A model generated the notes under the pieces. That model searched no databases, had not been told where the DNA came from, and saw only the letters and a list, made by a program, of their open reading frames with translations. Both the position numbers and the translations under genes were made by a program. Source: Callorhinchus milii (Eukaryota). From it: a DNA stretch of 64,000 nucleotides. Location of the stretch: the NCBI RefSeq assembly GCF_018977255.1, contig NW_024704742.1:131070001-131134000 (forward strand). The letters are read 5' to 3'. Positions 48,803 to 61,672 of the stretch are shown here, in pieces. Within the stretch, counting starts at the first letter, position 1. Every line of letters starts with the position of its first letter.

Positions 48803-50039
48803 AAATTTCCTTGGTCTTTTTTCGTCCAACAATTCCTATGGTTCCATGTTCCTAAATGATCTTACAGGCTAAGAGTATTTACAATCTCTGGGCTCCAATA
48901 TCTCCAACCACATTCAACCGCGTTGTTTCTCTAATAATAATCCTTAATAATAATAATCCTTGCATTTTGATATACTGTAAAGTGGATTGACTGCGTATTT
49001 TGAGGGCGAAATTGATATAGCGACTTATCGTGTCAAAATGTCTCAAAGTGCTTCACAAAGTTTTCTGTAACATGCAGTGACTGCACATTTGCACACGGCA
49101 GCATCTGTCTGCCAATGGCACAATGACAATACATTTCCATTGCACTTTCCACCACCTTCCATCTCGCCCACCTCAGTTCCACTTTGTGACATCCTCCCGA
49201 CGTGAAAGGTACTATTATAAATGGAAATTATAATTGTAATTCTGCGTAAGAGAAACAAAGGAGTATTGTGTGTTCTGAATGCATTGAGTTTCTATGTTTT
49301 ATATGTGGTGGCATGGAGGTGCTGAATTGCTTGGGGGTTTTGCTGGGTGACTGGGCTGACCTTTGCCACTATTAACAAAGTGTCAGAGAGGCCCATCTCT
49401 GAGGGCCTAAACTTCCAGTCCGTAATGAGGTCTGTCTGTGTAGGACTAGCAACAGCAGGTCTGTGATCTGGCCTACGCTGGTGAACCTAACACTAGTCCA
49501 CAGTCTGCCCCGTCTTTGCACCGTGGAGCTTCAAAGTCCAATTATACCTGTCGCTGTGGCCGAGCAGCACCATTCTGCAGTCAGGTCAGTGCAAGATTAG
49601 CTGCAGTCCAGGCCAGGCCCTGTTCGTGAGACTCCAGTTCATCGAGAGGCCCATTTTCCGCAGGACATAATCAGTCTTGTCTCTTGCACCCTATCACAAG
49701 CGAGGCTTGACTGCAGCTCCCATTCACATGCTGCTTATTTCCTCCCTCTCTCTCTCTGTCCTGTCTCTCTCTCTCTCTCCTCTCTCACCCTCAGTCAGTA
49801 TGCCCACTTGTTCCACCTCAGAGAACTGCACTTCTGCTTCTCATTTCTTTCACGGACGTGTCTCTTGATTGCATCTCTTTCACTCCTTGTCTGTGAAAAT
49901 CTGATCATTTGTCTCCACAATCAAATCCCCAACACAGACACACGCACAGTCAGCTGGTCATTCAATCACTGAGACATGACGTCAGCAAAAATTGGTTCTT
50001 TCAACACTACCTCAGCGTCCTGGCCTCAACCGCCCCACT

Positions 50040-50330
50040 CTCCCGCTTCCTGGCATCCTGTACCAGCCATCAATTACCCTTTGAGCAAAGAAAAAACTCC
50101 TGGTGTCTGTCCTGAAATTGCCCTTTACAACTCTAAACCTATATCCTCTTGTTCTGTTGTCTTGATGCATCCTGAATATTTTTTCTGGTTTACTTTTTCA
50201 AACCCATTAAAATTCTATACATCTCTATGAGATCCGCTTCTGAGTCACTTTCTCTCAATCACATGGATATTATTCCATCTCTGCTTCATTCAGATACGTC
50301 CAACTGTAAACCAGATGAATATTTTACTGG
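50040..50330 (-). mobile_element. Old CR1 ORF2 3' fragment
   Basis: Reverse strand GGATCTCATAGAGATGTATAGAATTTTAATGGGTTTG (DLIE.Y.I..G) and ACAAGAGGATATAGGTTT (TRG...). Confidence 0.68.
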
Positions 50331-50744
50331 AGGCAAGCATCCAAGTCATTTCTTTGGAGAAGAAAAGGAACGAGCACTTGACTTCCACCTAGAACATTGT
50401 GTTTGTTCCTCAGGGAAGTCCTTCTTTCAAAGGGGATTGTTTCAGGTGGCCAGGTTCCTTGGCTTGGTTTTTCGAGGGAACATGGTGGAAAAATGTGTCA
50501 ACCTCATCTCAGCCACTGAAAGAGGAAACGATTGACTCCAATCTAATTGTGCTTCACTCTGTGTATCTTCCTGAGCCAATTTGAAACAATCTCAAATAGA
50601 GCATTGAAGGTGGTTCCGAAGCTTGGCGTCAGCCTGGCTCTGTCAGTAGCACTCTCACTTCACTGTTACAGTGATGGCCATCTTGGGCCTGAAATTGCTC
50701 ATGTTTTTAGGTTTAAGACTGTTGTCTTTAAAATCTAAGATAAC

Positions 50745-51102
50745 ACATAATAATAACAAAAATCCTTGCATTTAATATAGCGCCTTATCATGCCATTGAG
50801 ACGTCTCAAAGTGCTTCACAGAATATACTGTGAAGTGAACTGACTATATATTTTGTGGGCGAAACATGGCAGCCAATTGTGCACAGCAGTGTTGCACAAA
50901 CAGCCATGATTTGAGAGACCACATGTTTTTGAACTATAAGTTCCAGAAAGCGATCCGATCAACAACCAGATTCCTACTTACTGCTAGATAAACAGATGTG
51001 TAGAGTAAGAAAACTTGTCGAAGATTTTGCCCCGCCTGGGAATTGAACCCCGGTTCCCTCGCTTGTGAGGCGAGCGCTCTAACCAATACGCTACAGGATC
51101 CC
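50745..51102 (-). mobile_element. SINE-A, long subfamily, full length, inserted in a family F arm (50683-51155)
   Basis: Complete head to tail. Flanks GGGCCTGAAATT and ATAAATTCACTCTTAAATTTGGAGCTG. Confidence 0.88.
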
Positions 51103-51914
51103 ACTCATGAAGAACTTTGGGAAGCTCTCATAAATTCACTCTTAAATTTGGAGCTGATGGGGATGATCTGGAAACTGGATGCAAGGAACATTATCCTCCC
51201 CCACACAAAAAAAGTGGGCAATGTCAAGTCTCCTTTCCTATGAATGGATGAGCAATATGCTGGATGGAATAACCCATCACATCCCGGGTACTGAATTATG
51301 CATTTGCTCTGGTCGCTGAAGGCGTTACTCCAACACTCCAATGACAAAGGTCCATTATTAATGAAGAACAGATGCAAGGATTACATGGGATTTTTGCTGT
51401 TTCAGCATTTTGCTTCCAACAGTTTTGTGCACACACTGTTCCTTTTACTTCTGCACAGGTATATCCTGTTAATGGTGGGACTCAACTCGCAATATTTTAT
51501 AGGATTAAGAAAGCATACCACAGCGCTATATGATTCTGATTCTATCCCAAACGACAATGGTCAAAGACATTAACACAATCCATTATCCTGTCATGAAAAG
51601 AGAAAGCTACTGGAGGGAAAGTACTTGCAGCGTAAAGTGCAGTGTCTGCCTGCTTCAGGTGGATGTTAAAGAGTCCGTGACACTGTTGAAAAAGGGAAGG
51701 GAGTGTCTCCCGAGTATCCTGGCCAACAATCCCTCAGATAATATTGCTCATTCATCATCTTAAAATAAAAATGCTAACACAAAACTGCTAAAACCTAAAC
51801 TGCTCGTAGCCTCAATAGCTAAAGGTAAACAGGTAACTTAACATTTCCGACACCAAACACCAAGCAGAAATTTTCCAACACAAAAACACAAAGATTAAAT
51901 GAAAAAAATAATAA

Positions 51915-52335
51915 TCATGTAATAATAATTGTTGCATGTAGTATGGGGTTTTATCAGGTCATTGAGATTCTCAAAATGCGTCACAAGATATTAATGTGAA
52001 GTCTATTGATAACTGTATTCATGTATTTGTAGGAGGAAGCAGCAGCCAATTTACGGTCAGCTATGTCCCACAAACAATGACCAATTTTATTTTGGGGATT
52101 GTTGGGCTGGATAATGGGAGAAACTCAATTTCTTTTCGAGAACTGGCGTGGGATATTGAACACCCACTTGAACAGGTAGATGGGACCTTAGCATCTTATC
52201 TGAGGAATGGCACCTCTAACAATGCAGCTCTCTGCTAATACTGCATTGTAATGTCAGCCAAGACTGTGAGTTCAAAGTCCCATTGTGGAGCTTGATCCAA
52301 CAACCTTCTGACTCAAAGTGCTAGCAAATCAGCCC
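51915..52335 (-). mobile_element. SINE-B, degraded, full length
   Basis: GGCACCTCTAACAATGCAGC...CAACCTTCTGACTCA. Confidence 0.75.
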
Positions 52336-54979
52336 ACGATATATACAGTTAATTAATTTTAGGGTATGTTCTGTAAAACGCTTTGAGGCGGCTCAACCTG
52401 GTGATAAGACGCTGTATCAAATGTAAGGATTTTTATTATTAATGTGATTATTTTATATCAAGTCCAATTTTAAACATGACTTTGAAACATTAATGCGGAT
52501 GAATAATGTTCGAAACCATAGCTGTGAAAATTATGATCGTAATTACTATTGAGGAAGAAACTGGTGATCAAATGCATGGCTAGCAAACGCTCAGCTTACA
52601 CCTCTAAAGACACTGTAGATGGTGATTCACACACAATCAATGCTCTCGTCACAAGTTACTCTGTGTTGTCAAGAATGCTCAATGCTCAGGATAATTTGTT
52701 TCAAAGTTCGGGCAACAGAAGAAGAACTCAGCAAATAAAAAAGCGAACTGAGCCGGGAGGAAGCGGCAAGTGAAAGAGAAGATCTGAAAAAAGCAAAAAC
52801 AATAGATGCGGAGGAGAAAACTGATGAATGGGCTGAATTGAAAACTTACAATAAAAGAGGAGACAGAGAGAAGAAGGGAGTGAGGGTGTGAGGGAGGGAT
52901 GGAGATATCACAGGATATCACAGGTAAAATGTAACTGAATAATAATAATAATAAAAGGGGCTGGATGATATGAAATTGAGGTGTTGTAAGTGATTTGTGT
53001 TCTTCTCTCGCACAATTCATCATTCACTTCATGGCTGTTTTGGGACATTGCTGTGCGCAAGTTAGCTACTACATTCACCCCCGAGAGCGGGGGGATGTGA
53101 ACAGTGTAAAGGAGGGAAAGGTGGCCGAAAGAGTGGTCAGAGAAGAAGTAATCTAGCCATGTGTTGACTGCGTCACTGCTGTGATGCGCTTTGTGACGTC
53201 TCATAAGGCAACTATATCCAATGCAAGGATGATTTTGCAAAGATTATTATGTTGAGGGGTGGTAGGGTTAGCAAAGCACTTTAACCCTTAGTTGAGGTGG
53301 AGGGGAACAGAAGGTTTGTCTGAGCAGGTGCACTGATTTGGGGAGCATTGGAGGTCAATTGGTGTGGAAATAGTGAGGTAGAACTGGCTGTAGGGCGCAG
53401 AACTGACATCTCTCTTGTTGTCTAAATATATTGCACTTTGACAATTGGGGATGCTCATTGAATATGCCACTCAAAATCAATCTGCATGAAGTCAAGACGA
53501 ATAAAGACTGATTTTTCAGTGCCACGTTCAATGATTGTCTCTGGTATCAAAATTGAAAATAATATCAAAGGCATTTTCCTAAACATCATGCAAGATAAGT
53601 TTATTTTCCCCGTTTCAAATTTCTCTTTCATTTTCTGCTCTGCTGAAGACAGCAATTCAGACTGGATTTGGTTCCACGGTTGCCTGGAGACAGGAGCCTG
53701 GTACCCAACACAACAACAACAACAAAATTACATTTCTAAAATGCCTTTCACGTCAGGAGGACATCCCAAAGTACTGAGACCTCGTCACTTGGCAAATTCA
53801 ATCCCATTCTTGGGGTACTTGAATCTCCTCTTAGATCCTACATGTAGTACCTTGTATTTATTAGCATTAAACTTAATTTGCCAGTTATTGTGGATATTCG
53901 GTCAAGCTCTCAAGGTGCTGGATGGTTCAGGGTTTGCACCCACACTAGGAGTGGGAGCCAGGGGGAACATGGTACGAGGGAAATTTTGGGGAGGAAGATT
54001 AAGACTGGATGAGTGCCTATTGTCACACCTCAAGTCACCAAGAAGGATGGTTGAGGCAAGGACACAGCTTTATGTTGTGAGGGAGAGGACGATGGGGTAG
54101 GTATGCTGGAAGGATAAGATCAGATGGGCTGAAGGACCTTCTTCACCTGAACTAATCTTGTGGACATGAAATGGTTGGGCCTCTGATGTTCATACACGGC
54201 CCCTTTCCAACAGTGGCCACTGTTTTGGGATGATGAGCAAGACTCCTGGTTGATTCATCTTCCATTCAGGCTTAGGATGTGGAGGTTAAGTACAGCGGCA
54301 TGTCAGGACTGATGACCCAATGAAGATCAACTAACTAAGAGCAGGCTGACAAAGGACTGGTTGGATCTGAGTGACTGATAAAGCGCTGACATGTTGTAGA
54401 TAATGCAAGGCAGCAATGCCATAGAGCAACTGGATTATTTATGAAGGAAAACCTTGGCACGAATGCCAAAGACGTGACAAGTAAATGTTTTTGTTCCAAA
54501 GGCTGTTGGCGTTTCAGGAGGGACATTGTGGCAATGCATCCTTGGGGAAGATAAAAGCAATGTTGCGGAACTTGTAAGCAAATTGTCTGGTGCTGAATAA
54601 TAAAGAAACAGCAAAATAAGGTGGCGTCATTCAATTCACAACATTGAAAAAAATAGTAATTTGGTCAATCAATCCTTGACTATTTGTACACTATTGCTTG
54701 GTGTGTTTCGCCCACAAAATACACAGTCAATTCACCTTACAGTATATCCTGTGAAGTGCTTTGATCCGTCCCAAATGCAAGATTATTCACTCCCGTATTC
54801 ACTCCTTTTTCCGATTTAAAACAAGTCACGCCTTCTGTTTGGTAACAACTTACATTTCTATAGCGGCCTTCATGTGGGATAGTGTTGCGCGACACAGCAA
54901 ACAGTTGGCTCAAAACCTGTGTGGGAAGGATGCAAAGTCACCAAGTGTGCAGTTTGGGGGGATAGGGGGCATACGTGTA

Positions 54980-55178
54980 AGAAATTCCACCTGGATGAAA
55001 CTTTTTTCAGAACGTGCAAAATTTCGAACAATTCTTAAACTCAATCTTAAGTTTTGAAGCCCGTTTTTCTTGGTTTTTCTAAGACGGATTCACAATCAAG
55101 CCTGAATTTAGGAATTGTCCACAATTCTAAAAATGCAGAGGAAAAAAAAGTTGAAGTTTTGACCCAGGTGGAATTTCT
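54980..55178. mobile_element. Foldback/MITE family F, complete palindromic copy (about 200 bp)
   Basis: Perfect 15-bp terminal IR AGAAATTCCACCTGG (54980-54994) / CCAGGTGGAATTTCT (55164-55178). Inner arms ACAATTCTTAAACTCA / TGAATTTAGGAATTGT. Confidence 0.8.
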
Positions 55179-55609
55179 CCTCCCTCAGGCCACCCTACAG
55201 TGTAGAACTCTAATCCCAACCCAAATTGTATCGTGAAAAAGCCCCAAATTCTACCTAGTATTGGGAACAATTTCATTTTGTTCAGGTGGGTGTCTGACAC
55301 TTGGGGAAACCCATCACCATGCTTAAGAGTTTCCAAACCATGGCTGATGATGGCTGGTGGTGGGAGACAATATCCAGGTGCTGTCAGTGGCACCCTCTGG
55401 ACGGCTGGTGTCAATGGAAAAGAATAGGCACTCAAAACGGCCATTGACTTAAATGGCTGTTTGTGGGGCATTGCTGGGCACAAATTGGCTGGCTCGTTTC
55501 TTCTACGAAATGCAATCCTGCATTTTACAGCGAAATCCTGTGAAGCACTTTAAGATGTCCAAATGCTCCGGGGAACGGTGCTACATAAATGCTAGTTGTT
55601 GCTGTTGTC

Positions 55610-55907
55610 CTCTTGATGTGAAGGGCACTTATGATATTGTTGAGACTGCGTATTTTGAGTGCAAAAATGCACACAGTTGTGTCCCACAAACATTATGGAT
55701 TGAGTGACCACATTGTTTTGGGAATGATTATTATCCCCAGAAAGTGATCTGACAATCGACTAACAACTGGGTTCCTACTTACTGTTAGGTAAACAGAGGC
55801 GTGTGGAGTAAGGAAACTTGCCCAATGTTTCACCCTGCCCGGGAATCAAACCCGGGTCCTCTTACTTGTGAGACAAGAGCTCTAACCACTGAGGTATGCG
55901 AATCCAC
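55610..55907 (-). mobile_element. SINE-A, long subfamily
   Basis: Long CORE-like block and tRNA head (GGGAATCAAACCCGGG). Confidence 0.82.
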
Positions 55908-56589
55908 ACACTACGCGACTCCACAAATCAAATGCACGGATTATTTTCATTCAGTTCAAAGTTCTATAAAGGGTGCAACTGAATACATCTCCTTTGTCCT
56001 CAATAACCCTCGGCAAAAAGAAAATCGAACATCCCCCAAAGAAGATCAAACTCTTCAGAAAATCAGCTCCGTTTTCCGTTCCTATTGCTTTCCATTTGGT
56101 GTTAGCTTCAGTTCTCAAAGTGTTAAATTCCTTTTTTACAACCAGCTGCTTGATTGCTGTGCGAAACACAAATCTCTCTATTCCCTGTGGTGATATGTAG
56201 GTACCGATGCCTTTTGTGTTTCACCTGATGCTTTTACTGTTCTTTAATCTGCTTGTGATTAGCATTTCTTGAGCTCTCTTTTGACTGCGCTCTTTCTTCT
56301 CTTCTATTATAACTGACATCTTGTTACATATTGACACTCTGCCGCTGATTAAAGTGGCTTTGGCCCCCGCTGCTCATGCTTTTTTTGAAAAGGAGGAGCT
56401 GACTGAGATCAATGCAACAAGGTGAATAAGTCAAACTTTTTCTTTCGAGGGTAGGAGAAGAGGAGGTTGGATTTGCGTGGGTCAAATTGAATAAGTCCGA
56501 TTGAATAAGAGATTTTGCCAGGGTTGCGTCAATTGTTCTGTGTATACTGGGGACCACTGAACGTTCGCGGTGGAGGTGTCAGGACATTT

Positions 56590-56680
56590 TTTTGGCCAGC
56601 TGGGCGTCTGACACATGCAGAAACCCATACCCAGGTTTCCAGGTGTGTCATGTCGCTGACTGTAAGTTTCCTCCAAGTGC
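56590..56680 (+). repeat. Family C 5' fragment (others at 55283-55340 + and 14472-14512 -)
   Basis: GGCCAGCTGGGCGTCTGACACATGCAGAAACCCAT. Confidence 0.62.
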
Positions 56681-57199
56681 CAATGTAGCATTGACCTGTA
56701 CCCAGCGCGAGTCTCTCGCAATCCTCCTGAGGATAGGTGCATATATGATGCATTCTTTATGTAGAGGGTGGCTCAAATGTGGATCTATCTGCTTCAAATT
56801 GAGTACACTATGGGGAAAGGCATGTAAATGGGACTGAAAGGATTGCTCTTTTAAAAGAGTCATCAAAGAAACAGATTGGCTGAATGGCGTTCTTCTGTGC
56901 TGTACATTTCTATGGTTCTACGAGTCGATCCACTGCGACCTTTGTTGGTTACCCTATGTTAACAGATTGTAGACAAAAGCAAAAATTAGTCTATCAATCA
57001 GTACATCAAATTCAGCCAAGAATGGTAATTGGCGTCAACTGGGTGAGTGGTTCATCAGGGTAGGAATACAAATGTAACACAGACTCAAATCCATACTCAG
57101 CCTGCTGTACTACTGTACTGCTGTCTGGCAATGACCCTAACGACATAGTGTGGGAAAGAACATTTGAATACAAAGACCTATGTTGACACTTTGATTTCA

Positions 57200-57670
57200 C
57201 ATACTCTAGCCCGACACTCCAGTGCAATTCTGCATTGTTGAAGATACCTTTCTTTGGATGAGATATTAAGCTCCGATGTGCCTCTCCAGGTGAGTGTTAA
57301 AGATCCCATGGTAGTGCTTGACAAGAGAAGGGAGCTTCTCCAGGTGTTCTAAAAGTATTAATAATAATCCTTGTATTTGATATGGCACCTTATCGCATCA
57401 TCGAGACATCCAAAGCAATTCTACGGAATATACTGTAAAGTGTATTGACTGTGTATTTTGTGGGCGAAACATATTTTGTGTACCTATCAGCAATTCCCCA
57501 AATTAGTCACTTATTCCATGGCTGTTTGTTGGATATTGTTGAGTGCAGAATTGACTGCTGTGTTCGTCTACAATACGCCCAGTGACTACACTTTACAACA
57601 AATCCTGTGAAGCACTTCGAAACGTTCTCCTAAAATGAAAGGCTCTAAATCAAATGTAATGATTATTATC
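57200..57670 (+). mobile_element. SINE-B with an antisense SINE-A tail inserted (57355-57480)
   Basis: Deu domain split after CCAGGTGTTCT. Confidence 0.75.
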
Positions 57671-58448
57671 ATTTTATAAATTCCAACTCAGATCTATATG
57701 CAAACTTTCCACTTAACCACAGCTTGATTTACTGGGAAGGGGGAGCGAGAGGGTAGGAAAGGGGAGGAATGGTGCCCGTAAATCATACAAACTTGAAATG
57801 TCCTTGTCCATAAGAATCCACTTGACTCCCCTGTCCCAAATCAACATTGATGTGTAGAGTAAGGTAAAGTGCTCCAGCTAACAGCCTGGGATGGTGAAGC
57901 GCAGTTTATCGCCAAACAAATGTCATGGCATTTGCGTCAGCTGTGAATAGTGCGGCAATTTACGAGGAAAATAAAGTTTTACTGTAATTTTCCCTTCCTG
58001 TGAGGGAGTTGATTTCTCTTTGCTCTTAATTCTTCAGTCATCAAATGAAGATTTATTTCCAGATCTCAATGGATAATACAAGGTAGCTTAACGCTGAAGA
58101 AGAGTTAATAAAGCAATAAAGCCCAGGCTTAGAGTGAGCTCTGAAAAGCTGCCGCCTCTTTTATTGTTCCCTGTGAAAGGTTTTGCGGAGACTCTGTTTC
58201 GCAGAATGAAAATGGAGGCTTGAAATACCATCCGGAAATCACTGAATTCACACTTAAGACAAGAGGCTGGAGTTTAAAATCATTCAAGCTGCAGGTTATT
58301 AAAGGACAGGCCAAATCAACAAGCCTTCAAAGATGGCCTTCTTTCACTTCCCACTTCTAAGCTTTCTCTATCTCCATCGCAGTCTTCCAGGAAGCAGTCA
58401 CTACACTTGAAAATAATTATTGGAAAGTGCTCTGGGATATTTTGAAGC

Positions 58449-58792
58449 ATAATAATAATAATCATCTTTGCATTTGATATAACGCCATTTCACGTTGTTG
58501 CGGGGTCTCAAGCGCTTCACAGAATATATTGTAAAATGAATTGACTGTATATTTTGTAGGCAAAACAGTCGTGGATTGAATGACCAGATTATTATTATCC
58601 TTATTTTAAGGGATTATTAATCCCACAAAGTGATCCACGAATCGACTAACCGTTGGGTTCCTACTTACTGCTGGGTAAACAGAGGCATGTAGAATGAGGA
58701 ATCTTGGCAAAGATTTCACCCAACCTGAGAAGCAAGCCTGGGTCCTCTCACTTGCGAGGCGAGTGCTCTAACCAATACCCAACAGGACTCCA
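58449..58792 (-). mobile_element. SINE-A, long subfamily, near full length
   Basis: Tail through to CTTGCGAGGCGAGTGCTCTAACCAATA..ACAGGACTCC head. Confidence 0.86.
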
Positions 58793-59949
58793 AGCATTAG
58801 ATGCTCTTAAACTGCAAGCTCTTTTCTTAAAAAAACGCGAAATACAGCTCCTTTCTTACTCTATTTTATTGATACAGCTGGAGTCATCAATAGAGGTTTA
58901 ATGTTTCCCGCATGCCAGCCGGTTCCCATGCTAAAAGAAAAATGGCTGTGATGCAAAACAAGAAGTTATGTTGCCTGCAACTTGTTGACCCAGATGTCGT
59001 CCGTTATTTGTGAAAGCTGGTTAGTGCATATGAAATGAACAGGCTAGAGAGCAATGACCAAAATACTACAATGTCTATAAAATAGAGTAAGAAAAGAAAG
59101 ATTTTATTGCATCTTTATGCCCGTCGAAATTACCCAAAGGGAAATTGACAACTGGAACAGGCTACCAGGAAGGATGGTTGAGGACTGCACATTGGACTCA
59201 TTTAAAGAAACAGCTGGAGGCTATGATGGGCAGAGGGCAATGTGGCTTTTCTGGAAGGACGCGCTGAGCCAATCTTTATTGCAAAAGACATTTCACTGGA
59301 CAACATTATATTATGTAACCACATCATGCCATTTGTGAATTGTCCTGAAGTGCTTTTACAATAATTATGGTCAGGTGTAGTGACTGTGTTTCTTATAAGA
59401 TTGTGATGGAGGCAGAGAAAGCTTGGCGACGAGAGGTGATAGGAGGACAGCCTGTTGGATGATAATCCTTCTTTCTGTACCTTCTTGTATCCTGTCCAGT
59501 CAGTCATTATCACAACGGGATTTACAACATATGTCACCATATCGTTTAAGAATAATTTTACGCAGAATTTTTTCCCGATGGAGAGCAGTGTGGTACACCG
59601 CGTGGCATCAAGCGCAACATGTTCAAAGCATTATTTTTTTTTACGAAGAACATATGGTTAATGCCATTTTTCCCCCCTCAGAGAAAACAATAAATACAAT
59701 GAAATTTTAATGAACTTAGTGAATCAGTGCAAAAAGCCTTGTTTGTTCTGCAGCCCCCACAGAGATGCCATTCTGTTCATATCAGGATGATACAAATTGA
59801 TTGCAATCCCCTAAGGGTTTCAACTTATGGCGTCTTCAGATTCGGTTTATGCCAGCGAAGGAAGAGATAGAGTTTAATTACCAGCCCAGTCCACGACACA
59901 GTTTTACTTCCTGCAAGGAAAGGACTGAAATTCCATCTAGTCTTAGTCT

Positions 59950-60280
59950 GCTCGGAGTGCTACATTATTGGTAGGTGATCATCCTTCAGATCAGGTGTTA
60001 AACCATGTTCCCGTTTGCCTGTTCAGGTGGATGTTAAAGATCCATGTTTTTTGGCACTGTTTGAAAAGAGAAGGGAGTTTCTCCCAGTGTCCTGGCCAAA
60101 AATCACCCAGATAAAAATTGATGATTCACTTCATGGCTGGGTGTGAGACATTGCTGGACCAAAATTGTCTGTTCCGTTCACCTATAAATAAATAGTCACT
60201 ATACTTTATGATAAGTCATGTGAAGAGCCTTGAGATGTCTCGTTGTGATAAGGTGGTGTATCAAATGTAAGAATTATTAT
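59950..60280 (+). mobile_element. SINE-B body
   Basis: GTTCAGGTGGATGTTAAAGATCC..GAAAAGAGAAGGGAGTTTCTCCCAGTGTCCTGGCC. Confidence 0.8.
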
Positions 60281-61134
60281 AAACTTTATAATATAACTCT
60301 ATATTATAAGAGGCACAGAATTGTGGAGAACTCTTAAATTCTGTCTCGGTTTGAAAGCTGTTTTTCCCGCAGTATAGTAAAAGAAACTATAAATGCTAAA
60401 TTACAACAACAACTTGCAATTATGCAGCACCCTTCACATGGCTTGGTGCGGTAATTATGCCAGAATGTAAGACTTTCCCACCATCCTTAACTATTTAGGC
60501 CCAGAACGTCTGATATCTAAGACCTGTGGCAATTGTCCAACTGTATCCGTGTGATGTTTTCTGTTTCCAACACCTAAGTTTATGTTTGTACTCTCTGTGC
60601 CAATTAGTGTTAAACCTTTTACTAATGACCCGCCTCTCCTAAGAGGAACCAGCTTTCAGAGGGAGGGAGTACCAGAGGTTAGTAACGTAGCGGTACAAAA
60701 ATCAATAGATTATAAAAAAAGTTGAGTGGAAAGTTGCAGAAAAAGAATTACTTTCATTTTCTACATAGTCCATTAACTCCAGCAAGACAACTCCATTTTA
60801 TAGTATTTTATTTTAAGAGCTTTACAGGAATTGCTTCTCAGCTGCTGTCTCTCCCTTGGTTCTACATTTTCCCCTTCATGCTTCACTTAAACTAACAGTG
60901 ACATGTGCTAATTTGTTAAAGCAAATTCATAGAACTTGGAATCTTATTAATCAGATGGTGAATGTTGCTGGATAGGACTTCTCTAACTTCTGAGGACATA
61001 AGTGACCTTTTACCTCAGATATCACTCATTGCTCCAGCAGCTGTGATTGGCAGGACATTCAATTTGTTATTATTGCTGTTGTATTATCTATACTCCATAC
61101 TCAAAAAGAGTGTTTGTATATACCTATCTATGTA

Positions 61135-61285
61135 GGTGCATGTGTGTGTGTGTGTTTGTGTTTGTCTAACTGTGTGTGTGTGTCTCTTTGTCCATTCAGC
61201 TGTGTTTATGTGTGACTTTGAGTGTTTGTGTGTGTGTGCATGTTTGTTTTCCGTGTGTCTGGGTGAGTGTGCGCACATGCATGTG
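61135..61285. repeat. Degenerate (TG)n microsatellite
   Basis: Directly visible. Confidence 0.85.
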
Positions 61286-61289
61286 TTTC

Positions 61290-61672
61290 AACCTGGCTCG
61301 GTTGGTAGCACTCATGACTCTGATTCCGACATTTGTGGGTTCAAGCCCCATAATGGGACACTGAACTCACATTAATGAAATGTTGGTGGAGTACTGCATT
61401 ATCAGAAGTACTGTCCTACGAATGAGATATTAAAGATCTCATGGCACTATTTGAAAAGAGGCAAGAGTTTCTCCTGGTGTCTAAGCCAACAATCCCCCAG
61501 ATAAAATTTGTTTTCCACTTCAGGCTGTTTGTGGGACATTGCTGTGCATGAAATTGAATGCCATGTTCGCTTACAAATCTACATAGTCACTACACCTTAC
61601 ACGGAATTCTATAAAGCACTTTGAAACATCCTCCCTATGTGAAAGGAGCTATATGAAGCATAAGCATTATTA
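61290..61672 (+). mobile_element. SINE-B, degraded, full length
   Basis: CCTGGCTCGGTTGGTAGCACTC head, GGGTTCAAGCCCC B box, Deu remnants. Confidence 0.78.

Noticed and set aside
53486..54100. 204-aa ORF
   Set aside because: Runs through L2 tail and CR1 fragments; no domain-like composition.
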